Source of the DNA: Selenomonas ruminantium
GTDB lineage: Bacteria > Bacillota > Negativicutes > Selenomonadales > Selenomonadaceae
DNA: 36,708 nucleotides
Reading direction: 5' to 3'
Assembly: GCA_902798865.1 (NCBI GenBank)
Contig: CADBYQ010000001.1
Location: 1-36,708, forward strand
The notes under the pieces were generated by a model. The model saw only the letters and a list, made by a program, of their open reading frames with translations, was not told the origin of the DNA and searched no databases. Of this stretch, positions 1 through 6,617 are shown piece by piece (position 1 is the first letter of the stretch; each line of letters begins with the position of its first letter). A program made the position numbers and the translations under genes.

Positions 1-13
1 GCTATCACCTCCC

Positions 14-175
14 TCAGGCGTTGCGATTTTTCAAAAACTCCTGTATCGAGGATAACAGGACTAAAGCCTCTGCCCCCGTTTCCGGCTTTTCAGCTCCATC
101 AAAATCAACCTTCTCAATTACCAGGCTGTCATCGGTTACGGTTCCCATTACCTTTATTGTGACGATTTCAGACAT
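14..175 (-). CDS. Small acidic hypothetical protein, 53 aa (MSEIVTIKVMGTVTDDSLVIEKVDFDG...FLKNRNA); not in the ORF track
   Basis: Translated by hand; RBS GGAAGGAG upstream of ATG 175; TGA at 14-16 followed by another RBS (GGAGGTGA) for a gene beyond the window. Confidence 0.7.
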   Translation of the reverse strand: MSEIVTIKVMGTVTDDSLVIEKVDFDGAEKPETGAEALVLLSSIQEFLKNRNA

Positions 176-190
176 TTTTCTACTCCTTCC

Positions 191-337
191 CTATTTCCGC
201 GTTTTGCGGGCGGCTTTTTTCTCAGCCCGTCTTTGTGCTCTGTTTGGTGTTGCACAGTAAAACATTTTCGCGCCCGGCTTCAGCTGGCTTGTCCCGTTGG
301 CAGGTGTCGCTTTTTTAGTAAATCCGTAGTCGCTCAT
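191..337 (-). CDS. Small basic hypothetical protein, 48 aa (MSDYGFTKKATPANGTSQLKPGAKMFYCATPNRAQRRAEKKAARKTRK); not in the ORF track
   Basis: Translated by hand; ATG overlaps the upstream TGA (ATGA coupling at 334-337) and the ORF fills the gap to the next RBS. Confidence 0.6.
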   Translation of the reverse strand: MSDYGFTKKATPANGTSQLKPGAKMFYCATPNRAQRRAEKKAARKTRK

Positions 338-705
338 GGTCTTAACCCACTTTCGTAGCAAAAAATAACAAATCTTTCAAATAGATTTTTCGCGGTTTTA
401 ACGTCTGCATCCGTAGCGTGATACTGCTTTTTCATAAATGCCTTAATCTCTGGCGTATAATTGTCGCGCCACATTCTCCCCAGCTCCAGCAATTCACTTT
501 CCCGGAGGATTTCCAGCACTTCAGGATTTTTAGCAGCATAGGCCGCAAATTCATCTTCTACCACGGGTAAGGGCAAGCCCTCCAGCAGGGCTATGTCCTT
601 AAACGACATTCCCTCTGCATTGAATAAAAATAACCAGTATTCATTCCGGCTTAACTTGCAGCCTATTTTCTTTTCGGCGTATCTTCTCATATTTGACTTT
701 GACAT
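334..705 (-). CDS. Hypothetical protein with possible sigma70 region-4-type HTH (candidate late/packaging regulator)
   Basis: RBS AAAGGAG; segment LSRNEYWLFLFNAEGMSFKDIALLEGLPLPVV fits a GMSxxEIA-type HTH. Confidence 0.6.
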   Translation of the reverse strand: MSKSNMRRYAEKKIGCKLSRNEYWLFLFNAEGMSFKDIALLEGLPLPVVEDEFAAYAAKNPEVLEILRESELLELGRMWRDNYTPEIKAFMKKQYHATDADVKTAKNLFERFVIFCYESGLRP

Positions 706-743
706 AATATTTATGCTCCTTTTTCGATATTAGGGAAATATAT

Positions 744-1006
744 AGGACATTAATGAGGACATATAGAGGACATGAACGAGGGTATATAAAAAGTCAATAA
801 CCACAAGGGGAGGACATATAGGACAAGAAAAAGCGGCTAAACTTTTGAAATATTATTTTGTCGCTATCCCCATATATACACATAAAAATATATAATTTAT
901 ATAACATTAGATGTCCTATATGTCCTCCCCATTGAAAATTAAGGTTTTTTATATGTCCTATTAGATGTCCTCCCCTTGTCCTATATATGTCCTATTTGTG
1001 GTTATT
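744..1006. repeat. Putative replication origin: opposed AGGACA(T) iteron arrays flanking an AT-rich core
   Basis: AGGACA(T) at 744, 756, 767, 811, 820; (A)TGTCCT at 911, 920, 953, 965, 977, 987; AT-rich 840-910; perfect 19-bp inverted repeat 807-825/912-930; directly downstream of the primase-helicase gene. Confidence 0.85.
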
Positions 1007-3125
1007 CGCCTATCGGGTCATCCATTATAGGCGGCAAGGTGTACTTGCGACCATCAACATGATTTGTGGGAATTTTAACGCGGTCATCACGTCTTGCAAT
1101 GTTATTCACTGCCCGGCCTATCATTCTAAGCCGCCCGCCATGAAGCCCTATTTCGTAGCTAATTTCTGTTGGTGTCCGGGCCGTCCATTTATCTGCTGGC
1201 GCGTTCCAGTCGAGAAGGTCTAATAGTGCCTGTTCCTCATCCGTTACCTTCTTAAAGGCTTCATTTATGGCATTGAGCTGTTTAATTTCCTCAGCTGTCA
1301 ACCAATGGCGTTCTTTTTTTTCGAAACCTAAATACATCACCTGCCCCCACAGTTGGGAGGGGTCATAATTAGCGAATTCGTCTATAGCTTCTACAGGAAT
1401 AACCCAAAATCTACGCTCTCCAGTACTGTCTTTTAGAAAGCCGCTGCCGTTGACCGTGCCAATAAAGGCCGTTGTCCGCGGTATCTGTTCCACAGTTCGG
1501 CGATAAGGCCGCCGCAAATCGTCCGCCCGCTGTGTCACAAATGCCTTTAGACGGTCAACCTTTTCCTTTCTCAATGTGTCAGCAATTTCACCCAGCTCCA
1601 CGATAAATAGCCGCGTCACCTTTAGTACATCGTCTTTTATTCCAGGGTCTAAGCTAATTCCATCGGCCCCCCATGCCGGGTTAGGTAGCAGGTTATACAA
1701 AAGTCTAGTTTTTCCAATGCCCTGACTACCTTGCAGAACTATAAGCCCCTGCATAGCTTCATTACCATCATTAAAGGCTATCCTTGCAGCTCCAATAAGC
1801 CAACGCCGGAAAAGCATCTCATAAAAATCTGTATTCTCCTTAAATGCCGGGTCAATGTGCAAGTGTTGGAAAAACTCTTTTATGTGGTCTTGTCCATCCC
1901 ATAGCACCTGACAGGCGTTCAAGTAGTCTCTAACAGGGCTATAACGGTTCTTTTCAGCTATCGTGCCTATATTGTCAAGCAAATCTGCCCGCGATACCTT
2001 CAAGCCGTTTTTGTACATAATCCCTCTAATCACAGTTGCGGCAGCTTCCAGCGATAAGCCCTCTAAATCATGCCCTGTAAATTCGACTTCCTTAGTTAAC
2101 ATGTTATAACGGCAGGTTATGGGTAAGGCCTTTAGCAGGTAGTCCGTGTTCTCCCAGGCCTGCTTGATAGGTCGGCTTCCCTTGTCCGTTTTTTCCATAA
2201 CAGGCCAGGCCGGGCGGCTTATAATGTCCGGATCTTTGTCGAGGTCGTCAAAATCTTCATCAGGAGACGATTTCTTATTAGGGTTATAACACTCCCCGTT
2301 CCAGTCAGAAAGGGCTTTCTGTACAGTTCTATTGCGATAGTCCTCACGTTGCCATTTCTCACGCTGGCCTAATGCAGATTTAGAGAAAACCTGCTCCATA
2401 ATTTCAGCCCGTCCTGCACAATAGAAAGGCAATAGGTTCATTAAGGCAATATCCGCCGCAGAATGGTCGTTGTTATAATCGCTTATTTCCCCGTCATCAT
2501 ATAACCGCTTGAATAGTTCGCCGCTGGCGCTCTTACGAATAACTGCGGGGATTTCATCAACTGACAAATAACAAGGCCGCTCATCCGCGCCGCCCGCGTT
2601 TTCGCTTTTCTGCTTTTTGCGGGCGGCTTTTTTAATCAGAAAATCGAGAACTGCTTGCCCATCTGCTACAGTATCTGCTTTTCCTACCTTGTTGCCTGTT
2701 ACCGCAATGAAACGGCCTTTCCCCGTCCCGGTGTATAACTCCAGCACACCGCCGCCCTCTAGCGGAAATTTGAGCGTATCCGGGCTATCTGTGGGAATAT
2801 TCGCCGTAAAAAACATATGAAGGCCCTTACAACTTTGACTTTTTTCGGTGTACGTGCTTCCAGCTTTTTCCTTAACTTGCTTCATTATCTCCACAAATCC
2901 TGTTGACGGCCTACCATCTCTCAGCACCTTATCACAATCAAGGCAAAACAGGTTATTATGCAATACCAGCCCCGGGAAAGGTTGCGACTTTGCCGCCGCT
3001 GCTTCAAAAGGCATCTGCTGCGCCGGGTTTGGCCAATCTTTCAAAAGCGGCTTTTTTCCGGCTACTGGTATCCATTGCAGCCGCTGTCTCAACTCTTGCG
3101 GTATATTTTCTTTTATAAAATTCAT
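1002..3125 (-). CDS. AEP primase-polymerase (NrS-1 type, with helical bundle domain) fused to a VapE/VirE-family helicase
   Basis: N-terminal NIPQELRQRLQW, LDCD (DxD) and EKSQSCKGLH motifs; HBD-like DHSAADIALMNLL...REKWQREDY; C-terminal Walker A GSQGIGKT, IVELGE, RRPYRR and FLKDSTGERRF typical of VapE. Confidence 0.88.
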   Translation of the reverse strand: MNFIKENIPQELRQRLQWIPVAGKKPLLKDWPNPAQQMPFEAAAAKSQPFPGLVLHNNLFCLDCDKVLRDGRPSTGFVEIMKQVKEKAGSTYTEKSQSCKGLHMFFTANIPTDSPDTLKFPLEGGGVLELYTGTGKGRFIAVTGNKVGKADTVADGQAVLDFLIKKAARKKQKSENAGGADERPCYLSVDEIPAVIRKSASGELFKRLYDDGEISDYNNDHSAADIALMNLLPFYCAGRAEIMEQVFSKSALGQREKWQREDYRNRTVQKALSDWNGECYNPNKKSSPDEDFDDLDKDPDIISRPAWPVMEKTDKGSRPIKQAWENTDYLLKALPITCRYNMLTKEVEFTGHDLEGLSLEAAATVIRGIMYKNGLKVSRADLLDNIGTIAEKNRYSPVRDYLNACQVLWDGQDHIKEFFQHLHIDPAFKENTDFYEMLFRRWLIGAARIAFNDGNEAMQGLIVLQGSQGIGKTRLLYNLLPNPAWGADGISLDPGIKDDVLKVTRLFIVELGEIADTLRKEKVDRLKAFVTQRADDLRRPYRRTVEQIPRTTAFIGTVNGSGFLKDSTGERRFWVIPVEAIDEFANYDPSQLWGQVMYLGFEKKERHWLTAEEIKQLNAINEAFKKVTDEEQALLDLLDWNAPADKWTARTPTEISYEIGLHGGRLRMIGRAVNNIARRDDRVKIPTNHVDGRKYTLPPIMDDPIGE

Positions 3126-3135
3126 CTAATCACCC

Positions 3136-3345
3136 TTATGCGCGTTTCGTTACTATCACACTACCCTCAAGATTATTTTCATCTAGGTAAATCTGACCTA
3201 AAATTTTGTATATTCTTTCGGCTGTTTTGTCGTTCCAGTTGTCTTGTGGTACAATGTTAGTAGAGTTTAGTCCCGTTCCAAGGTCTTTACTCTTTGCCCT
3301 GTCAGGTGTTGCAGCACTCGGCAGGGCTTTTGCTTTTTCGCTCAT
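3136..3345 (-). CDS. Small hypothetical phage-type protein overlapping an antisense sRNA
   Basis: RBS GAGGAG; ATGA coupling with the upstream ORF at 3342-3345; operon position. Confidence 0.65.
   Translation of the reverse strand: MSEKAKALPSAATPDRAKSKDLGTGLNSTNIVPQDNWNDKTAERIYKILGQIYLDENNLEGSVIVTKRA
3227..3255 (+). promoter_or_regulatory. Sigma-A promoter antisense to the replication operon
   Basis: TTGTCG (3227-3232), 17 bp spacer, TACAAT (3250-3255), extended TG at 3247-3248. Confidence 0.7.
3262..3333 (+). ncRNA. Predicted ~70-nt cis-antisense sRNA upstream of the primase-helicase gene
   Basis: Promoter 3227-3255 plus intrinsic terminator GCCCUGUC...GGCAGGGC (3296-3327, G-U pair only on the + strand) followed by UUUUGCUUUUU. 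Confidence 0.6.
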
Positions 3346-3659
3346 TTTTTATTCTCCTCTACGATACGTTCTACCGCCCTTTGAACGGCTAATACATCTG
3401 TCCATACCTGTTGAAATTTCCGGCACTGCCTCCCGTCCTTGTCTGCTACACATTCAACAATAATTAAGGCCGGATAACCACTTGTTGCATATGCCCGAAA
3501 ATAATTACTGTGTTTTCCTTCTACCTTCTTCAGCTCCAACAACTTATAACCGTAGTCCTTTATACTATTGAGCCATTCAATAAGCTCAGGGGGATAGTCT
3601 GGAGGATAAAGGGACTCCAGTAAATCCTTTTCTTCTAAATACTTCTCATAATTAGTCAT
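3342..3659 (-). CDS. Hypothetical protein (105 aa)
   Basis: RBS GGAGGG overlapping the end of the cro-like gene; operon context. Confidence 0.7.
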   Translation of the reverse strand: MTNYEKYLEEKDLLESLYPPDYPPELIEWLNSIKDYGYKLLELKKVEGKHSNYFRAYATSGYPALIIVECVADKDGRQCRKFQQVWTDVLAVQRAVERIVEENKK

Positions 3660-3663
3660 AGTA

Positions 3664-3867
3664 TCAGCCCTCCTCTACTAAATCCGCAATGTCGCATTTA
3701 AGCACTCTAGCCACCTTACCAATAGTTGACAAACGAGCATTACCGCCTTTGTTGACAAGCCTATACAAGGTGTTGCCGTTTAATCCTGCCTCGCGCTGGA
3801 CTTCACTGATGAGCTTTTCGCTCTTAGCAATGGCGGTCTGCAGCTTGTTACCATCTACCACATACAT
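3664..3867 (-). CDS. Cro/C1-type HTH protein (Str/Cro-like)
   Basis: ISEVQREAGLNGNTLYRL...STIGKVARVLKCDIADLV XRE-HTH pattern; RBS AGGAGGTG; divergent from the repressor. Confidence 0.85.
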   Translation of the reverse strand: MYVVDGNKLQTAIAKSEKLISEVQREAGLNGNTLYRLVNKGGNARLSTIGKVARVLKCDIADLVEEG

Positions 3868-3897
3868 ATTTTTTCACCTCCTTTGCTCCGAATCTAC

Positions 3898-4004
3898 CGC
3901 CTATTATTAGGCGTTTTGCCTAATATAAATTTATACCAATAAAAAATAATTGTCAATAGTTTTTTTGCCCACTAATTGACATTTTCGCCTATTACGCCTA
4001 AAAT
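3898..4004. promoter_or_regulatory. Divergent promoter and operator switch region
   Basis: + strand TTGACA (3976-3981), 17 bp, TAAAAT (3999-4004); - strand TTGACA (TGTCAA at 3951-3956); GCCTA motifs as inverted repeats (CGCCTA-ttat-TAGGCG 3898-3913; ATTAGGC-gtttt-GCCTAAT 3906-3924) and twice more within the + promoter. Confidence 0.75.
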
Positions 4005-4027
4005 AATAAGTGTGGAGGTGCATAATT

Positions 4028-4459
4028 TTGTTTTTCTTTTTCTTTGGCATAGAGGGCGGTACAACGTTTGCAGATAGATTAAGGGCCGCCCGCGATAAAG
4101 CAGGCTATACAGGTAAAGAGTTTGCCTCACTTCTAAACATCAAATATGAAACATACATAGGATATGAAAATAAAGGCCGTGAACCTAAATATGATACACT
4201 TATAAAAATTGCCGATAAACTCAATATAACCACAGATGAGCTGTTAGGGGTTCACCCTCCAGACAAAACCATAAACGGCGATATAGAAAAACCCCTAACC
4301 GATATGTTAGGAATATTGCAAAAAGACACAGCCAATTACAGGGGCGATAAGTTTGACGAACGAGACCGGGAAGAACTGACCTCGCGCATACACGACTTCG
4401 CCAAACGAGCCGAAACACTGTCTTCATTACATATCTTTGACGATAACACACCCAAATAA
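4028..4459 (+). CDS. XRE-family master repressor (Stl/ImmR-like), no S24 autocleavage domain; start codon uncertain
   Basis: FADRLRAARDKAGYTGKEFASLLNI...YENKGREP...LIKIADKLNITTDELLG HTH_3 pattern; GGAGGTG precedes in-frame TTG 4028. Confidence 0.85.
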   Translation: MFFFFFGIEGGTTFADRLRAARDKAGYTGKEFASLLNIKYETYIGYENKGREPKYDTLIKIADKLNITTDELLGVHPPDKTINGDIEKPLTDMLGILQKDTANYRGDKFDERDREELTSRIHDFAKRAETLSSLHIFDDNTPK

Positions 4460-4474
4460 CAGGAGGTACTGACC

Positions 4475-4669
4475 ATGGCCACCTATGAGGAAGATGAACT
4501 TACTATATTTTGCCCGCTATACAATCGAATGGTAAGTGATTGGGATTGTTACGAGGCTTCACTTGTTCGGGAAGGCGAATTACCTTTGACCGATATACCC
4601 GAAGAATACAGGAGGCCAGGCTGGATAGAACTTTGTGGTAATTGTAAATACGCTTCACTAGAAAATTGA
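4475..4669 (+). CDS. Small acidic four-Cys (putative Zn-binding) protein
   Basis: RBS AGGAGGT; CP-x10-C...CGNC pattern; lies between repressor and integrase. Confidence 0.8.
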   Translation: MATYEEDELTIFCPLYNRMVSDWDCYEASLVREGELPLTDIPEEYRRPGWIELCGNCKYASLEN

Positions 4670-4686
4670 AGATGCTATTTTCACAC

Positions 4687-4756
4687 ACAAAAAAGCCCCC
4701 TACCATTGCCACATGGTAAGGGACTTATGTAAAAGAGACAAAAAAATATGAACCTA
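4687..4756 (-). ncRNA. Predicted ~65-70-nt antisense sRNA upstream of the integrase
   Basis: Extended -10 TGCTATAAT on the - strand (4762-4770); 14-bp terminator stem 4693-4706/4713-4726 fully paired only on the - strand (two G-U), ending in a U run. Confidence 0.55.
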
Positions 4757-4817
4757 GGTATATTATAGCATATACCTCGCCCGTAGACACGGGCAAATAA
4801 AAAAGGATGTGTATATT

Positions 4818-6203
4818 ATGGCAGGAACGCGGGCGGCCCTGTATATCCGTGTATCTAGTGACGAACAGGCAAAACATGGGCTTTCACTGGATGAACAAAA
4901 GCACGACTTACGGGAATACGCCATTAGGCACGGGTACACCATAGCCGGGGTATACATGGACGAGGGCACCACCGCCAGGAAGTCCATACAACGTCGTAAA
5001 GAGTTACAGCGGCTTTTGCATGATGTAGAGGCCGGGGCCGTTGATGTGATATTATTTATTAAACTTGACCGTTGGTTTAGGAATATTGCTGACTATTACA
5101 AGGTGCAAGCGGTACTGGATACCCACAAGGTAGACTGGATAGCCATACACGAAGATTACAATACCAACACCAGCGCCGGACGGCTTAACCTTAATATCAG
5201 GTTATCCATTGCCCAAAACGAGAGCGACCAAACAAGCGACCGTATAAAGTTCGTATTTGAAGGCAAGAAGCGCCGCCGGGAGGTGCTAACTGGTAATATC
5301 CCCTATGGTTATAGGATTGTAGATAAACACTTTGACCATGACAAGGAACAGGCGGCAGCTATACGGGATATTTTCGAGCATTTCCTTGTATCTCAGTCAG
5401 TACTGGAGACTACCACCTATGCCCGGGAAAAATACGGGATAATGTGGCGGCATATCTCCATGCGTAGGGCACTCCAAAACGAGCGGTACATAGGCACATT
5501 CTACGACATTCCCGACTACACCCGCGGCATAGTGGACAAGGACACATTCCACCGTGTGCAGCAGGTCTTGACTGCCCGCCGTATGGACACGCCCCGTAAA
5601 CCTGCTGTACCTTTTCTTTTTTCCGGCCTTATCTACTGCCCGGAATGTGGTCACGTACTCATAGGATGTAAAGGGCATAAATACGCCAATCAGACGGAAT
5701 ACAAAAACAAGTTTTATCGTTGTGGTATCCACAGTATAGAAAAGACCTGCCACTTTACGGGTACCATATTTGAACGACCTTTAGAGCGGTTTCTGCTGGA
5801 TAATCTTAAAGAGCGATTAATGGAACACGCCGCCACGCTCCAGCAACAACGAAAAACCACAGGTGAAGAAAGAGCCGCCCGCAAGATAAAGGCGGCAAGG
5901 GAAGCCCTGGACCGACTCAAAGACCTTTATGTTACGGGATATATTGACCGGGCCGCCTATGATACTGATTTTAAGAAGTATAACAGCCAGCTCCAAGAAG
6001 CACTAAAGGCAGCTCCACCTAAAGGGCGTACAATGACCGATAAATTAAAGAGCTTGCTGAATATGGATATTGTAAGCACCTATAACCAGTTGTCTTTAGA
6101 AGGTAAGCGGAAATTTTGGCATGCCATACTATACAGGATTGATGTAGAGCACTACGAAAAAGGGCGCGGCGGGCGGAAAGAATACCGCTTAACATTTCTA
6201 TAG
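4818..6203 (+). CDS. Large serine recombinase (integrase)
   Basis: YIRVSS catalytic Ser motif, KLDRWFRN, PYGY, recombinase domain, zinc ribbon CPECG...YRC...C and coiled coil; ATG 4818 with AAGGA RBS. Confidence 0.95.
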   Translation: MAGTRAALYIRVSSDEQAKHGLSLDEQKHDLREYAIRHGYTIAGVYMDEGTTARKSIQRRKELQRLLHDVEAGAVDVILFIKLDRWFRNIADYYKVQAVLDTHKVDWIAIHEDYNTNTSAGRLNLNIRLSIAQNESDQTSDRIKFVFEGKKRRREVLTGNIPYGYRIVDKHFDHDKEQAAAIRDIFEHFLVSQSVLETTTYAREKYGIMWRHISMRRALQNERYIGTFYDIPDYTRGIVDKDTFHRVQQVLTARRMDTPRKPAVPFLFSGLIYCPECGHVLIGCKGHKYANQTEYKNKFYRCGIHSIEKTCHFTGTIFERPLERFLLDNLKERLMEHAATLQQQRKTTGEERAARKIKAAREALDRLKDLYVTGYIDRAAYDTDFKKYNSQLQEALKAAPPKGRTMTDKLKSLLNMDIVSTYNQLSLEGKRKFWHAILYRIDVEHYEKGRGGRKEYRLTFL

Positions 6204-6240
6204 AACTGGATGAGCGACTACTTCGATACAAGTTCGCTAG
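6200..6240. other. Candidate att junction of the element
   Basis: Immediately 3' of the recombinase stop, where serine integrase att sites often lie; weak inverted arms GAACT (6203-6207) / AGTTC (6231-6235). Confidence 0.4.
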
Positions 6241-6263
6241 TAATTCGATATTTTTTCGATAAA

Positions 6264-6296
6264 AAAACACCCTGTCATTATCCGGCAGGGTGTTTT
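6264..6296. terminator. Bidirectional intrinsic terminator
   Basis: AAAACACCCTGTC / GGCAGGGTGTTTT inverted repeat between convergent genes. Confidence 0.8.
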
Positions 6297-6302
6297 CATG
6301 AT

Positions 6303-6617
6303 TTAGTAATGTGGGTTTTTACGAACGTAGTCCACCGGTCTGCTCCAATCCACATGCACCTTCGTGTTGTTCCACAGACGGGTCAATGCCAGTTTGAAGC
6401 TTTTTACATCGGCCAGCGGGTCGATTTCTTCCGGCGTAAAGTCCATAAGGGTTTCATGGGGCACATTGATGCTGTGCGTCTCTGCCAGATATTTTTCCGT
6501 CAGGCTCTTAGCCTCTTCATTTTTGATATTAACGGTTGCCGTCTTGCTCTCTCCATCATAATCTATCCAACCCAAATCATGGCCAAAGCTTATGGCTACG
6601 CTGAATTTATTTTCCAT
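6303..6617 (-). CDS. Hypothetical protein (104 aa)
   Basis: RBS AAGGAG; promoter TTGTAA-17-TATAAT (6683-6655); terminator downstream. Confidence 0.8.
   Translation of the reverse strand: MENKFSVAISFGHDLGWIDYDGESKTATVNIKNEEAKSLTEKYLAETHSINVPHETLMDFTPEEIDPLADVKSFKLALTRLWNNTKVHVDWSRPVDYVRKNPHY

Larger units (their letters stand above)
1..6240. mobile_element. Integrated phage-satellite-like (PICI/SaPI-like) element, right-hand part; left end outside the window
   Basis: Gene order integrase - small ORF - repressor <> cro - small ORFs - primase/helicase - iteron origin - small ORFs; visibly more AT-rich than downstream host genes; host-type genes start right after the recombinase stop. Confidence 0.85.

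Noticed and set aside
744-993. Short repeats as a CRISPR array or simple tandem repeat
   Set aside because: Units are 6-7 bp, irregularly spaced and in two opposed orientations, with no spacers or cas genes; an origin fits better.
326-6221. 12-bp ATGAGCGACTAC at 337-326 (- strand) and 6210-6221 (+ strand) as att or invertible-segment ends
   Set aside because: A 12-bp match between any two positions in 6 kb is expected by chance, and one copy is the start of an internal ORF.
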